In this document: piece after piece, positions 11,821 through 24,121 of the stretch
Numbering within the stretch: position 1 is the first letter of the stretch
Layout of the letters: every line of letters starts with the position of its first letter
Assembly (NCBI RefSeq): GCF_001194135.2
Contig: NC_068984.1
Coordinates: forward strand, 45,931,038-45,963,893
DNA: 32,856 nucleotides
Origin: Octopus bimaculoides
Lineage: Eukaryota
Reading direction: 5' to 3'
Made by a program: the position numbers and the translations under genes
The notes under the pieces: generated by a model
The model's database searches: none
Seen by the model: only the letters and a program-made list of their open reading frames with translations
Told to the model about the DNA's origin: nothing

Positions 11821-13174
11821 TTCCACAGCTCACAAGTTAACGCAGGTCTTAGTCTATATTCGCTTGTTCAAGATCAAAACATTTCACTCAGTCTGTCAAT
11901 CAGAGAGCATTGTCGCATTTCTTTATAGATTGGTCACCGTAACATTCTATCATAAAGCTCAACATCTCAAATGAACTGTTCCACATAAACATAACACTTA
12001 ATCATTTTACCGTAAATCTGATAGCAACAACAGTTGTTCAAATACATTTATGTAATGTGAACATCATTTTATTACAAATTAGCTGACAATATTTCAAGGG
12101 TTACATAAAAATTCTGCCATGATTTTGATTTCATCTATAAAGCAGCCTTTATTACGTCACTCGTCCTACTAGAAATAGCAGCCAAATATCCAGCAAATCT
12201 GTCTTGAAAATATGACAAAAATGAAATTCATAGTACTGGATACACAATGTCTGAATACAAGATTGCAATATCGTAGTTGGAATGTATATTTGGTTATATA
12301 TCTTGTTCGTCCGAATCGATTTCGGGTTACACTTTTGTCGACGTCACTGTTGTAAATAGCTAAACTAGATCATTTAGACTTTCTAGCATAAATCTGATCG
12401 TGCCAATACAAATGTTTTAAATAGGTCATGGGAACATCCTACCATAAAGCTGATCATTTGAAATCAACTGTTGAGAACTGTTTACGTCACATTTAAACAT
12501 CAGCCGTGATTTATAGCTTACGAAGCGTAACATTTCTCAGAGAGAGATGGGGGATACATAAGTCAATGAAACATTTATTAAGTTACAGGTGCAATATAAA
12601 GTGTCTACCACCGTTAATCGAAGCCAAGGCGGAAACATAGCTCATCGGTTTGCTAAGTTATTTCTCCTCTCCAGAGACTTGTCTCGGTTTCGATTTCCGT
12701 ATAAGATTTGCCTTGATTAACCTCACAAATATCCTTTAGGACGAAATGAACGACATGAACTCCTTCTAGCATCCATTCACTATAAACATAAGTTTGGTGC
12801 CTATGTAAGGTAAAAACAAAATGTTCAATTTTCTGTTATAGATATTTCCGTGTGTATATCCTTATAGTTTTATATAATAAACATGAGACAGTGTAATATA
12901 ATAATTTTCTTGAAAGTCATTAGCGCCGGAACAACTATAAATCGAATTTAGTTCGTGCACTTGCTTAACCTAAAATCGACGAACAGATGACAACGACGAC
13001 GATGATGACGATAATGACGAAGACGAAGAAGGATGGGGAGAATGACGGAAAGAAGAAGCTGAAGAAAAAGACGAAAAAGAGACGGAATAAAAGATGACAA
13101 AAAAGGACACAACAGCAGTTATACTAATGATCCTTTACAAAATGTCAAGCTTAAGAAATTCATTTGAGAGAGCG

Positions 13175-13179
<5 letters not shown>

Positions 13180-13223
<44 letters not shown>

Positions 13224-13225
13224 AA
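13180..13225. repeat. (GA)n microsatellite
   Basis: Directly visible. Confidence 0.95.
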
Positions 13226-13884
13226 AAGAAAGAGGGTAAAATAGAATAAACAGACCATCATAGATAACAGGTACATCTTTTTGTCACTTTCGGAGCAATG
13301 AAAGGAAAGGAGAACCGGTTGAATTTTAACTAAAAATATTGAGGAAGGAAAGTAAACACTGTAATTGATTTTATCCTGTAGTCGCATTCTATTGGCGTCA
13401 GGCTGCTCCGTGATCTTTTAGTAATGCTCTATGCAAGAATGCAGGCACACACGGGTTTATGTTTTCGAAATTCGCTTGAATTAGGAGCGCCAAAACATTC
13501 TAATTCTGTGTGTCAGTCTATTTACCTATCTATCTGTATCTGTTCTTTGTATCTCTGTGTGCGTGTAACTTACGCATAATACGAGCATGTATACATACAT
13601 ACACACACACACATACACACACGCACACATACACACACACACACATATATATATATACAAAAATATATACATATATTATATATATACATATATAGTATAA
13701 TATATATGTGCATATATTATGTCGTATATATATTTTATATTTACATAAATGTATAATATAATACAATATAATATTATATATATATATATATATATATACT
13801 TGATATTCAGTTGATTAAGTACTTAAGTTGAAGCACCAAGTCAGTCCGGTAATATCCACACAGCTCGAAGTAAGTTGAATAAAA

Positions 13885-14223
13885 TCAAAATAAACCAAAG
13901 GATATCAAGAGGTGATGCAGTACGACCGTTTCAAGCGGCTCCATTTAATTGAACAATGCAATCATTTAAGCAATTTAAATGCAGGGATTTCCTCAGCTGC
14001 CTGAATAAATAAATAGAACTTTTAATCAGTCGGACACATTAATATAAATGTCGGACACATTAATATAACTGTCGGATACATTAATATAATTATATAATAT
14101 ACTATATTAATATTAATATAGCCCTATATTTAAATTGATGCAATGATTGCATTATTCAATTAAATGGAGTCGCTTGAAACGATCGTACTGTATCATCTCT
14201 TGATATCCTGTTGCTTATTTTGA
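13885..14223. repeat. Foldback / MITE-like element: ~102-bp inverted arms around a spacer with a 21-bp tandem repeat
   Basis: Arm 13885-13986 vs reverse complement of 14122-14223 shows about 13 mismatches by hand count. The spacer holds GTCGGA(C/T)ACATTAATATAANT x3 at 14029, 14050 and 14071. Confidence 0.9.
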
Positions 14224-14230
14224 CACACAT

Positions 14231-14267
<37 letters not shown>

Positions 14268-15744
14268 CATACATACATAAATACATACATACATATATAT
14301 GTATATATATATATATGTATGTATGCATGCAGGTATTTTTATGCATATTCTGCGTAAGTTAAGAAATGGTGACGAGTGAAAGTTTTGTAAATACAATTAT
14401 AACTTTTCGCTGTATATATTGATTGCAAAAATCTCTCTAATACTGGTGAATATAATAAGCCCACGACGGAAAAATATGCATTTCTTTACAGGTTCATATA
14501 CCATAATATCCGAGAATTTTGTATAGTCAATATATATAGTGGAAACTTATAATTATATTTAGAATATATGTAAAAAAATAGATTAACGATCAATCGTAGG
14601 TACACCAGCAGAATATATATTTCACTGAGGAGTATTACATATTCCGATACATGACTGTCACTCTTACCAGCTGGCATTACAAACCAGAGCTATTCAAACC
14701 TGCGTTGCTTATATTCTCTGAAAATTTCGATGCGCTTATTATACTGGTGAAATTTCTGTTGCATATTTCCTGCTTATTTTATTTATTTTTTTATTTTTGT
14801 AGCAAATGTGATTAGAATAATTTATTGGCTAGTAATTGCACTGAGAGCTTAGTTAAGCGAATGTTATCACCTCACTGTTTTATATATGTGTCACCATGCT
14901 TTATTACCTTATTTGTACCTGATTTTCAGGGCAATATCCTGAAATGATTTTGTTGTTGTTGATATTTAGGAAGAACGTCACAATATTTTCTTTATTTTTA
15001 TTGATGCTGATCACCTGTTGAGTTTAAAAACCATCTGTTCTCCAATATGCATTGTATATATTCACCAACAATGAGCCATAGCCACTCATAATTAGAAGGA
15101 TTACTGGTAGAATTTCCCCATGAAAACCTCAATAAAATGTAAACATGATAGATTTGGGACTGTTGTGGAAGTCAGCTGACCAACGGATGTTAACATTAAG
15201 CTAAAGATCAGCGAGACAGAAAATACCTACGCTGAACAAGATCAATAACTTGATTTATTTCTTTAAATTTTCAACGCCCACCAGAGGAAGCTTTTAACCA
15301 TTTTTTTTTTCTGTAATCTTAATAGATCGATTTCGTGACGCCATATATTTGTACCTATTACGCAAACCTCGAAAACCTCGCAGGACACCTCCACCACCTT
15401 CGATAAATAATTTTTAGTCTTTCTATTTGCCTGAGTATCTCGTCTGCTGTATTCAAGGTAGGACAAATGCTGTGCTGATTACCATCCTCTTGTTTTCAGA
15501 CAATTACAACGTTTTCTTAAATGACATATCAAGAACACTTGTTATTTGAGATTATCTACCCTTGTCATTTGGAGATAATCGTAATTGCTACAAGGCATAT
15601 GTTTGTTATTCTCTGGAAGGGAAGATCATTTCAATAAATCAAGAATTAATCTCGCATGATATTTGATATGTCTTTATTCATCATTATTGTTAATGTTCAT
15701 GCCAGTGGCTATTCTGAGTTATATTGCTTGGAATATTTCCATTT

Positions 15745-15788
<44 letters not shown>

Positions 15789-16028
15789 AACACACAACGT
15801 ATGCACACTCATGTCCTTTTATGTGTGTATGTATAAAATGTATGTATATATATATATGTGTGTATATATATATATATGTGTNNNNNNNNNNNNNNNNNNN
15901 NNNNNNNNNNNNNNNNNNNNNNNNNNNNNNNNNNNNNNNNNNNNNNNNNNNNNNNNNNNNNNNNNNNNNNNNNNNNNNNNNNNNNNNNNNNNNNNNNNNN
16001 NNNNNNNNNNNNNNNNNNNNNNNNNNNN

Positions 16029-16061
<33 letters not shown>

Positions 16062-17650
16062 CAACGCTTGTGGTTCCCTTATTTTATTGCAACGTATCTA
16101 GTATCATTGTATTATTATTACGTATTCCAAAAGCGAGATATTTTTCCCGATTGTCCTTGAGCACAATATTGAATTCTACTTGCGCAAGCTTTCATGATTA
16201 ATTACGACATTATTTCCGTATTATGTCATAATGATATATTATATTCTATCGTACACGATGCTCCCATCGTACAATTACTACTAAAAAGTGCTTTCAGGAT
16301 ATATTCCACACATCTGAAGCTGCATGAAGGAAATGCGTGGACTTAAATTAAATGTAATCAATAAGGGTTAATATACAAAGAAGGAAGAGAAATAATGACT
16401 TCCCGTACCTTTTGGGTAGAGTTCAGCCAATAGGAAGACAGCCCTTCAGGATCGACTGACAATTAACTTAATCAGCCCATATGTCCGGTCACATGGTATT
16501 TTTGTTTTTTCATTACATTTGCGCTCCATAATATATATGTGTGAGTGCGTGTGTTTAAGTGTGGATGTGTGTGAATGTGTGTGTATGTGTGTGTATGTAT
16601 ATATATATCTATACACACAGTTACTTATAAATATCCATATATANNNNNNNNNNNNNNNNNNNNNNNNNNNNNNNNNNNNNNNNNNNNNNNNNNNNNNNNN
16701 NNNNNNNNNNNNNNNNNNNNNNNNNNNNNNNNNNNNNNNNNNNNNNNNNNNNNNNNNNNNNNNNNNNNNNNNNNNNNNNNNNNNNNNNNNNNNNNNNNNN
16801 NNNNNNNNNNNNNNNNNNNNNNNNNNNNNNNNNNNNNNNNNNNNNNNNNNNNNNNNNNNNNNNNNNNNNNNNNNNNNNNNNNNNNNNNNNNNNNNNNNNN
16901 NNNNNNNNNNNNNNNNNNNNNNNNNNNNNNNNNNNNNNNNNNNNNNNNNNNNNNNNNNNNNNNNNNNNNNNNNNNNNNNNNNNNNNNNNNNNNNNATATA
17001 TACATATATACATATATATATATATGTGTATATTGTGATGATGTGCACGTAAGAATATAAGAATATAAATGTGATTATATCACCCATACACACACACATA
17101 TGTATGCGTGTGTGTACATAAGCGTAAACACATATATGCAGATGTGTCTGTGTTTCTGTGTGTGTGTTTATGTGTGTATAAAGAGAGATAGTTACACAGA
17201 TATTAAACAAACAGAAACGCATATAAAAAAAGGTGCGCAGCATAAATACACACACACACACACACACACACTCACGCACAAACACGCACGTACACTTATA
17301 TACATGCACACACATACACACAAATAGAAACGTACGCATCATAGACACAAAATATCTTTGCTTTCAGTGAGTGTTATTTATATTTCTCCGTTCTTTTTAT
17401 ATGAATTTAAATTAAGGAAGGAGTCTCAGTCTATGACATAATATGTGAGCATCTATTTTTATCCTCAGGTTCGTGAAAATCTGTTGGAGAAATACACATA
17501 GATACTTAGATACTTAAATATAGATTAAAAAAATGAAAATAAAGACATAATTTAAATAAAGAATATAATTAGATAGTCTCTAGATATATAGATAGATAGA
17601 TACATACATACATACACATATACACACACATACATACATGCATACATACA

Positions 17651-18400
17651 TGCAAATGTCTAAATACAAATCTTGAGAATTTAGGCTTCTCAAAATCAGA
17701 AAGGAGAAACTTAATTCGAAGACTACAGATCCAATCCATCTATAAAAATCTGTAAAACTTTCCAGACATTTATCATTTAAATATATATAGGCATGTCTAC
17801 AAATGCAACTATATGCATGAGTATATATACATGAAACATACACATCTTCGCCTTGTTGTTGTTAGCACTCCGTCGCTTACGACGTCGAGAGTTCCAGTTG
17901 ATCCGATCAACGGAACAGCCTGCTCGTGAAATTAACGTGCAAGTGGCTGAGCACACCACAGACACGTGTACTCTTAACTTAGTTCTCGGAGATATTCAGC
18001 ATGACACAGTGTGACAAGGCTGGCCCTTTGAATTACAGGCACAACAGAAACAGGAAGTAAGAGTGAGAGAAAGTTGTGGTGAAAGAGTACAGTAGGGTTC
18101 GCCACCATCACCTGCCGGAGCCTCGTGGAGCTTTAGGTGTTTTCGCTCAATAAACACTCACAACGCCCAGTCTGGGAATCGAAACCGCGATTCTATGACC
18201 GCGAGGACCGCTGCCCTAACCACTGCGCCATTGCGCCTCCACACATGTTCGCCTACATACGTACATACATACATACATACATACATACTAACAAAAATAC
18301 CCTGTTGTGATGATGAAATTCCAGTGAAGGATCTAGGTTAGAAACCGGTTCTTTCTCTATCAGCAAAAAATCTTGAAATAAACTGAATAATGACATACAT
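17651..18400 (+). mobile_element. 5'-truncated RLE LINE family A, copy 2, interrupted by a SINE
   Basis: CKCLNTNLENLGFSKSERRNLIRRLQIQSI / KICKTFQTFII* (17651-17780) matches the copy at 212-549. The 3' UTR resumes after the SINE. TTAGAAACCGGTTCTTTC at ~18338-18355 corresponds to TTAGAAACCAGCTTCTTCC at ~596-614. Both ends lie in (CATA)n. Confidence 0.8.
17854..18240 (-). mobile_element. Full-length tRNA-derived SINE with (CAA)n tail and 14-bp target-site duplication
   Basis: A box TGGCGCAGTGG (18220-18230), B box GGTTTCGATTCCC (18174-18186) and a (CAA)3 tail at 17854-17863. TSD is ACACATCTTCGCCT (17840-17853) / ACACATGTTCGCCT (18241-18254), one mismatch. Confidence 0.92.
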
Positions 18401-18438
18401 ACATACTTACGTACGTACGTACGTACGTACATACATAC

Positions 18439-18648
18439 GGAGAAAGCTATTTCGAAGACTACGGATCCACTCCATCACTGGAACTGTTAAAATCTGTAAA
18501 TCTTTCCAGAAGCTTATCATTTAAATATATAGTAGCGTGTCAACATATGCAACTATATGCATGAGAATACATACATAAAACATACAAATCTGCACCTACC
18601 TACATACATACACACAAAAATACCTTGTTGTTGATGTTGAAATTCCAA
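18439..18648 (+). mobile_element. 5'-truncated RLE LINE family A, copy 3 (tandem to copy 2)
   Basis: KLFRRLRIHSITGTVKICKSFQKLII* ends at 18524. The 3' UTR AAAAATACCTTGTTGTTGATGTTGAAATTCCA matches 18294-18323. Confidence 0.8.
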
Positions 18649-18675
18649 CCCAGTGTTGGGTTCAAACTTCTACCA

Positions 18676-18725
18676 GGTCATCTGATGAAGGCTGGAGAGT
18701 AAATCAGCCGAAACGATGTGGTAAC
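18676..18725 (+). ncRNA. Hammerhead-ribozyme-like motif (minimal type I), probably decayed and from a PLE terminal repeat
   Basis: CTGATGA (18682-18688), perfect stem II GGCTG/CAGCC (18690-18694/18705-18709) and GAAAC (18710-18714). The following GAT breaks the GUH triplet, and stem I (GTCAT/GTGGT) depends on wobble pairs. Confidence 0.55.
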
Positions 18726-18984
18726 AACAACCAAGATGAGGACGCATATCCGTCCAATGTAAATAATCACCCGGAATGTTCGTTGTTCAAGAAACTGAGT
18801 ATGAGCAGAAGGTGAAGTGGTTGCTGTTTCCAGCGGGTCGAACCACCACTTAGAGAGGGGGCTCCTTTTTTGACTCAGCAAAACCTTCTTTTATTTTATT
18901 GATGACGAATATGTTGATGGTGGTGTTTGGTAAATAAGAGAGGCAACTTTCATGCCTGGTTTTCCTAATACAGAAACATTTACG

Positions 18985-19070
18985 AGGTCACTCGACCTGC
19001 TAGAATTAGCATCTGAATCTCTCTCAAATCATACTTAATATCATGAACACGAGGAAAATATACTGGATAA
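18985..19070 (+). mobile_element. SINE/LINE 3'-tail fragment (GTCACTCGACCTGCTAGAA..AGCA family)
   Basis: Related blocks at ~2100-2170, ~12158-12200 and ~31770-31880, and inverted at ~18808-18850. Confidence 0.55.
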
Positions 19071-19329
19071 TATAATTATCCTCTACATTTGTATGACATG
19101 GACTTCTGCTTAAAGAAATACGGAGAAGGACACACGCACTATAAATAGACTGTTGGTTCCACCAAGGTCTTAGATCAGTCGTTCTTGGAACATATCACAG
19201 ACGAACAGGTTCCTGAAACCGTGCAGCACGATATTAGTTTCCAATATAACTTCCTCATAAGTGTGAAAAGAAGAAAGCTCCACTTGAATTGTCGTATGAA
19301 GTGAACCAGTGGCCATGCAAAGACCTTTC

Positions 19330-19500
19330 TTTATGTTATAGTCGGGTGTGCAGAAAAGGATAGGCAAAAGATGGACAATGTCAGAATGTCAAAGAGTACA
19401 TTGGTCAATCTCTAGAAGAGGTCTAGTTCAGATTGAAAAGACAGATAGAAAGATAATCAATGCACAGTATGTCACAAAATATCTCAACATCATTGGATGG
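19330..19500 (+). pseudogene. Possible Tc1/mariner transposase remnant
   Basis: VHWSISRRGLVQIEKTDRKIINAQYVTKYL resembles the DDE-domain pattern VWGCIS..GLG.L..IDG.MNA..Y..IL. It is short and no TIRs were seen. Confidence 0.3.
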
Positions 19501-20359
19501 TGGGCCAAGGTTATCAATCAATCAAGCACTTCTAAAAAAAAAAAATGACAGGTTAATTCAATGATGGATGAATCATAATCCTGGGCAGTCATAGCTGAGC
19601 TTCAGTAAACAACTACAAAGGTAGTAATATCATGAGCAGCAACAACAACGAAAATAACAAATTATAAGATATAAAATTGAGTCGATGTGAAATTTCGGGG
19701 AAGCATTGATGAAAAAAAAGTTGCATATTAATCACAGCCAGAAGGATGTTTCTGATTATTGTATTGCATTAATTATGAAAATAGCGCGAAGTACTGAGTG
19801 CCAGAAATAGAATCGTTAGAATACTTTCCGGTATTTAGTTATAGTTCTTATTTTTATAATTAACTCCCTTTTGCATTCTATGTTTAGCTGGCACATATAT
19901 CTATTTCGCCTTTCATTCTTCGATAACAAGTAATTTTCAATAATTCATTAATGTTGATTCAATGGACTGGCTATCGACTTTGTTCATTCCCTACAAATGT
20001 GCGGCCTTGTGTTAAAGTTAGATACCATTAATTACAAGAATGCAGACACATAATACTATTTTCATTAATCATCCACAGATACATACATAAATACGTAGAC
20101 GAATACAATACACAGACACAGTCAAGAACTTAATTACACATGCATTAGCAATTGGTTAAGTATAAACTAGGAAGATATATTAACAAAGAAAATAGACAGC
20201 GAATCTCACAATTTCTATAGTATGTGACATACACGTAATTATTGCTGCTTGCAATCTCTACAGGTATTAGAGAGATTATATGGAAGAGACGACTAATACG
20301 CTATCTTCTAGTCGCTTGTAAAGTAGTAAATAGTTTTATTAGTTCCCCTGATTGAAAAA

Positions 20360-20583
<224 letters not shown>

Positions 20584-20884
20584 CGTTAGTGGATTTAAGT
20601 TATTGTGGAAAAAAGCTTCATATTAGAATCTGTACTCGCCGTGAGATTACCTGTTGCTCAACGGGGCAAGCTACATATATTAAATGATTTCAGCCCGGCC
20701 ACGCAACAAGATTCAATAGATCTTCTGTCGTTTTCGACGATGATTATTCCAGTTGCAAGGTCAATTGAACTACCTACTCATTATACTCATTTATATACCC
20801 GTATATGCGGTTGACTCCAGTACTCTTTCGACTCGATGATTGTACCATGTGTTTCCAGCTTCAAATCCCCATTTCTGGTAAATT

Positions 20885-20940
<56 letters not shown>
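20885..20940. repeat. (ATC)n microsatellite
   Basis: Directly visible. Confidence 0.97.
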
Positions 20941-21322
20941 TATGAGTGAGAAAGCAGCGCATGACCTTGCAGGTGGGGGTCCAGTTAGAATTTTCTTCAG
21001 TCTGCATAGCACAACCTGCTCAAATGGTCCCTGAATAAGGGTTGTTTAGGGACGTTTAACGAACCACCCATGTATCCAGAGGTGCATTATTCAAGCTCCA
21101 AAGAATTCCTCTCAACACATGGCTATGATGCTCCCCCGCTCCCCCACTACTTCTGCTCATGGTCAGAGATGCACATGCGTCAGCCACAAAGGGACATGCT
21201 CAACTGGTTACGGTCAATCCACTGACAAGGAAATCTGCGGTATTGAGTAGAATATTTTTTGTAGCCCATCGTTTATACCAAGACAAAACATGTACATAAT
21301 AACACTTCCGATCAGTTAAACT
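20941..21322. mobile_element. Unclassified, relatively GC-rich interspersed-repeat-like island between (ATC)n and (ATT/ATC)n
   Basis: Sharp composition boundaries at microsatellites, no convincing ORF, single copy in this window. Confidence 0.35.
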
Positions 21323-21324
21323 CA

Positions 21325-22879
21325 TTATCATTATTGCATTATCATTATCATTATTATTGTTTTTTTTCTTCTTTCTACAAATTTTGTTCCATTTCTCGCC
21401 GAGTATTTTCCGTACACCTAGGGCAGAGAAGCTCATTGTATGCATTCCCAGTTTACACACGCAAATTCACAGGTAAAATATGTATTTATAAAAAGTTAAT
21501 GAATAAATAAATTCATGAATGGATGTGGTTTTCACAGCGATAATGCTCGTATCAGTACATGAGTCGTTCCAGTTAACACAATTGTTTGCACTTCCTGTAG
21601 GGATGGTAAGCCTGGTATCATTTTCAAATAGGTTTCAGTACCTTTTTTTTTATCATTCCTAGAGATCCTACAATCACTGGTACGGAAGTCGCCTTGAGGT
21701 GCCACATTTTTTAAAATTTATATTAGCAAGTCTTTATATTTACTGATCTTGTCAAATTCTTTCGCCGCTATATTATGATCGCAAAGAATACTAATAAACA
21801 CATCTTCTTTGTCTGATCTTTTATAATAATATCCGGTTGATTAGCTTTTATACAGTTGTCGGTATGTACGGGGAAGTCCCAGAGAATTGACACATTTTCT
21901 CCCTCAGTCACAGCTTCAGGATGGTGCTTATACCATTTGTCAGCGCTTTTGATTTTATAATGCCAACATATTGTCCAGTGTAAATACTGGCCGACTCTGT
22001 CATGTCTTGCTTTATATTCTACAGGTGCTAAGACTCTACATCCTGAGATTAGGTGGTCAATAGTTTCAATCTCATCGTTACAGAATCGGCATTTTGGATC
22101 AGCTCCATTTTTTATCACATTGGCTTGGTAGTTCCGGGTTAATAAGCTTTGGTCTTGAGCAGCTAATATGAAATCTTCACTCTCTGCTTTTAGCCCTGAG
22201 CTTCGTAACCGTTGATGCATGAGTTTCTGGTCGACATCAGCTTGATTGCTACGGGCCACATATTTGCCATGCAGAGTTTTCTGTTCCCATCTGCTAGTTA
22301 ATTTTGCATGTGCTTTAGTCTTTGCAATTAATTTTATTTTCTTTGCAGCTGCAGTTGGCGCATTCCCTTCAACCTGATCAATCTGGTGGGTATCCAAGAG
22401 ATCAGTAGCGATTTTTTGCTCTCACTCAGAATAGAGTGAAGTTTTTTCGGTCTTTCATGTTTTTCAACAAGTTTTAACATCCAATCGTTGGTTGAATCAA
22501 GGTATTTGGCCAATCCGATTGTGGTAGTTTTGTACGTAAGCTCAAGCTGGATAAAGCCTCAACTTCCCTGAGCTCTGGGAAGGTAAAGACGATCCACGTC
22601 TGCCTTTGGATGGTGCATCTTATTACAAGTCAGTAGCTTGCGGATATTTCTATCAATTTTGATTATTTCACTGGTATTCCAGTTAAGCACATTGAAGCTA
22701 TAAAGAACAACTGGGACAGCTAAGGAATTTATGGCTAACACCTTATTATATGCAGTCAGCTCAGACTTCAGAACTACTCGAACTCTTCTAGAACATTCCT
22801 TCCTAACCTTCTCTTTCATGCTTGCATGCTGGATACCAGAGCCTTCATTTATTCCTAGGTATTTATAGGTTTGTTCCTG
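21325..22879 (-). mobile_element. R4/Dong-like RLE non-LTR retrotransposon, 3' ~1.5 kb (RT C-terminus, CCHC finger, RLE, 3' UTR, TAA/TGA tail)
   Basis: Minus strand reads QEQTYKYLGINEG (RT domain 7), LAINSLAVPVVLYSF, HHPKADVDRLYLPRAQG, LLAAQDQSLLTRNY-like ILAAQDQSLLTRNY, CRFCNDEIETIDHLISGC (CCHC), RHD, ILWDFPVHTD...PDIIIKD. After a frameshift: KEFDKISKYKDL...PVIVGSLG...GTTHVLIRALSL*, stop at 21532-21534. The 3' UTR runs into (TAA/TGA)n at ~21325-21358. The 5' side is cut by the gap. Confidence 0.93.
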
Positions 22880-24002
22880 NNNNNNNNNNNNNNNNNNNNN
22901 NNNNNNNNNNNNNNNNNNNNNNNNNNNNNNNNNNNNNNNNNNNNNNNNNNNNNNNNNNNNNNNNNNNNNNNNNNNNNNNNNNNNNNNNNNNNNNNNNNNN
23001 NNNNNNNNNNNNNNNNNNNNNNNNNNNNNNNNNNNNNNNNNNNNNNNNNNNNNNNNNNNNNNNNNNNNNNNNNNNNNNNNNNNNNNNNNNNNNNNNNNNN
23101 NNNNNNNNNNNNNNNNNNNNNNNNNNNNNNNNNNNNNNNNNNNNNNNNNNNNNNNNNNNNNNNNNNNNNNNNNNNNNNNNNNNNNNNNNNNNNNNNNNNN
23201 NNNNNNNNNNNNNNNNNNNNNNNNNNNNNNNNNNNNNNNNNNNNNNNNNNNNNNNNNNNNNNNNNNNNNNNNNNNNNNNNNNNNNNNNNNNNNNNNNNNN
23301 NNNNNNNNNNNNNNNNNNNNNNNNNNNNNNNNNNNNNNNNNNNNNNNNNNNNNNNNNNNNNNNNNNNNNNNNNNNNNNNNNNNNNNNNNNNNNNNNNNNN
23401 NNNNNNNNNNNNNNNNNNNNNNNNNNNNNNNNNNNNNNNNNNNNNNNNNNNNNNNNNNNNNNNNNNNNNNNNNNNNNNNNNNNNNNNNNNNNNNNNNNNN
23501 NNNNNNNNNNNNNNNNNNNNNNNNNNNNNNNNNNNNNNNNNNNNNNNNNNNNNNNNNNNNNNNNNNNNNNNNNNNNNNNNNNNNNNNNNNNNNNNTATAT
23601 ATATATATATATATATATAATCAATCAATCAATCAATCAATCAATCGATCGATCGATCTATCAATCAATCCCTCTCACTATCTATCTGCCTGCTTGCCTG
23701 TCTGCCTGTCCATCCCTCCGTCTGTCTGTTTCTCTGTAAGTCTGTCTAATGTCTGTAATTATATGCATATATAAGTATATGCATATATATGTATATACAT
23801 ACATGTACAAGTGTTTGTGTATGAGAGAATGAGGATATCATTGTCTACATATAGTACTCAATACATGGGATTAGAGTGGATATACTTAGTCCTACGAACA
23901 AGTTATTTATATTTCAGAAGATACCTGCAGAAGCTACTGAAACAAAAAGAGCTCATACGTAGGATGGAATGGCAATATATATAATATATATATATATATG
24001 TA

Positions 24003-24090
24003 TGTCTTCTACTATAGTAGGGCTGACCAAAGTTTTATGAGTGGATTTGGTAGACGGAAACTGAAAGAAGCCTGTCGTATATATGTATAC

Positions 24091-24121
<31 letters not shown>

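Noticed and set aside
14029-14091. CRISPR-like array (also 4285-4349 and 25705-26030)
   Set aside because: Head-to-tail tandem units without unique spacers, no cas genes, eukaryotic context.
18160-18240. tRNA gene
   Set aside because: A/B boxes are present, but the sequence continues into a SINE body with tail and TSD, and there is no complete cloverleaf.
18315-18356. CCAGTGA...GAAACCGGTT as a hammerhead
   Set aside because: It has the palindromic GAAACCGGT but no CUGANGA core and no workable stem I. It is explained as LINE-A 3' UTR.
20605-20814. LAVRLPVAQRGKLHILNDFSP as an RTE APE fragment
   Set aside because: Resemblance is too weak and no other APE motifs are nearby.
23895-23985. Possible exon RYLQKLLKQKELIRRMEW after TTTCAG
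   Set aside because: No suitable donor and no recognisable homology; it runs into (TA)n.
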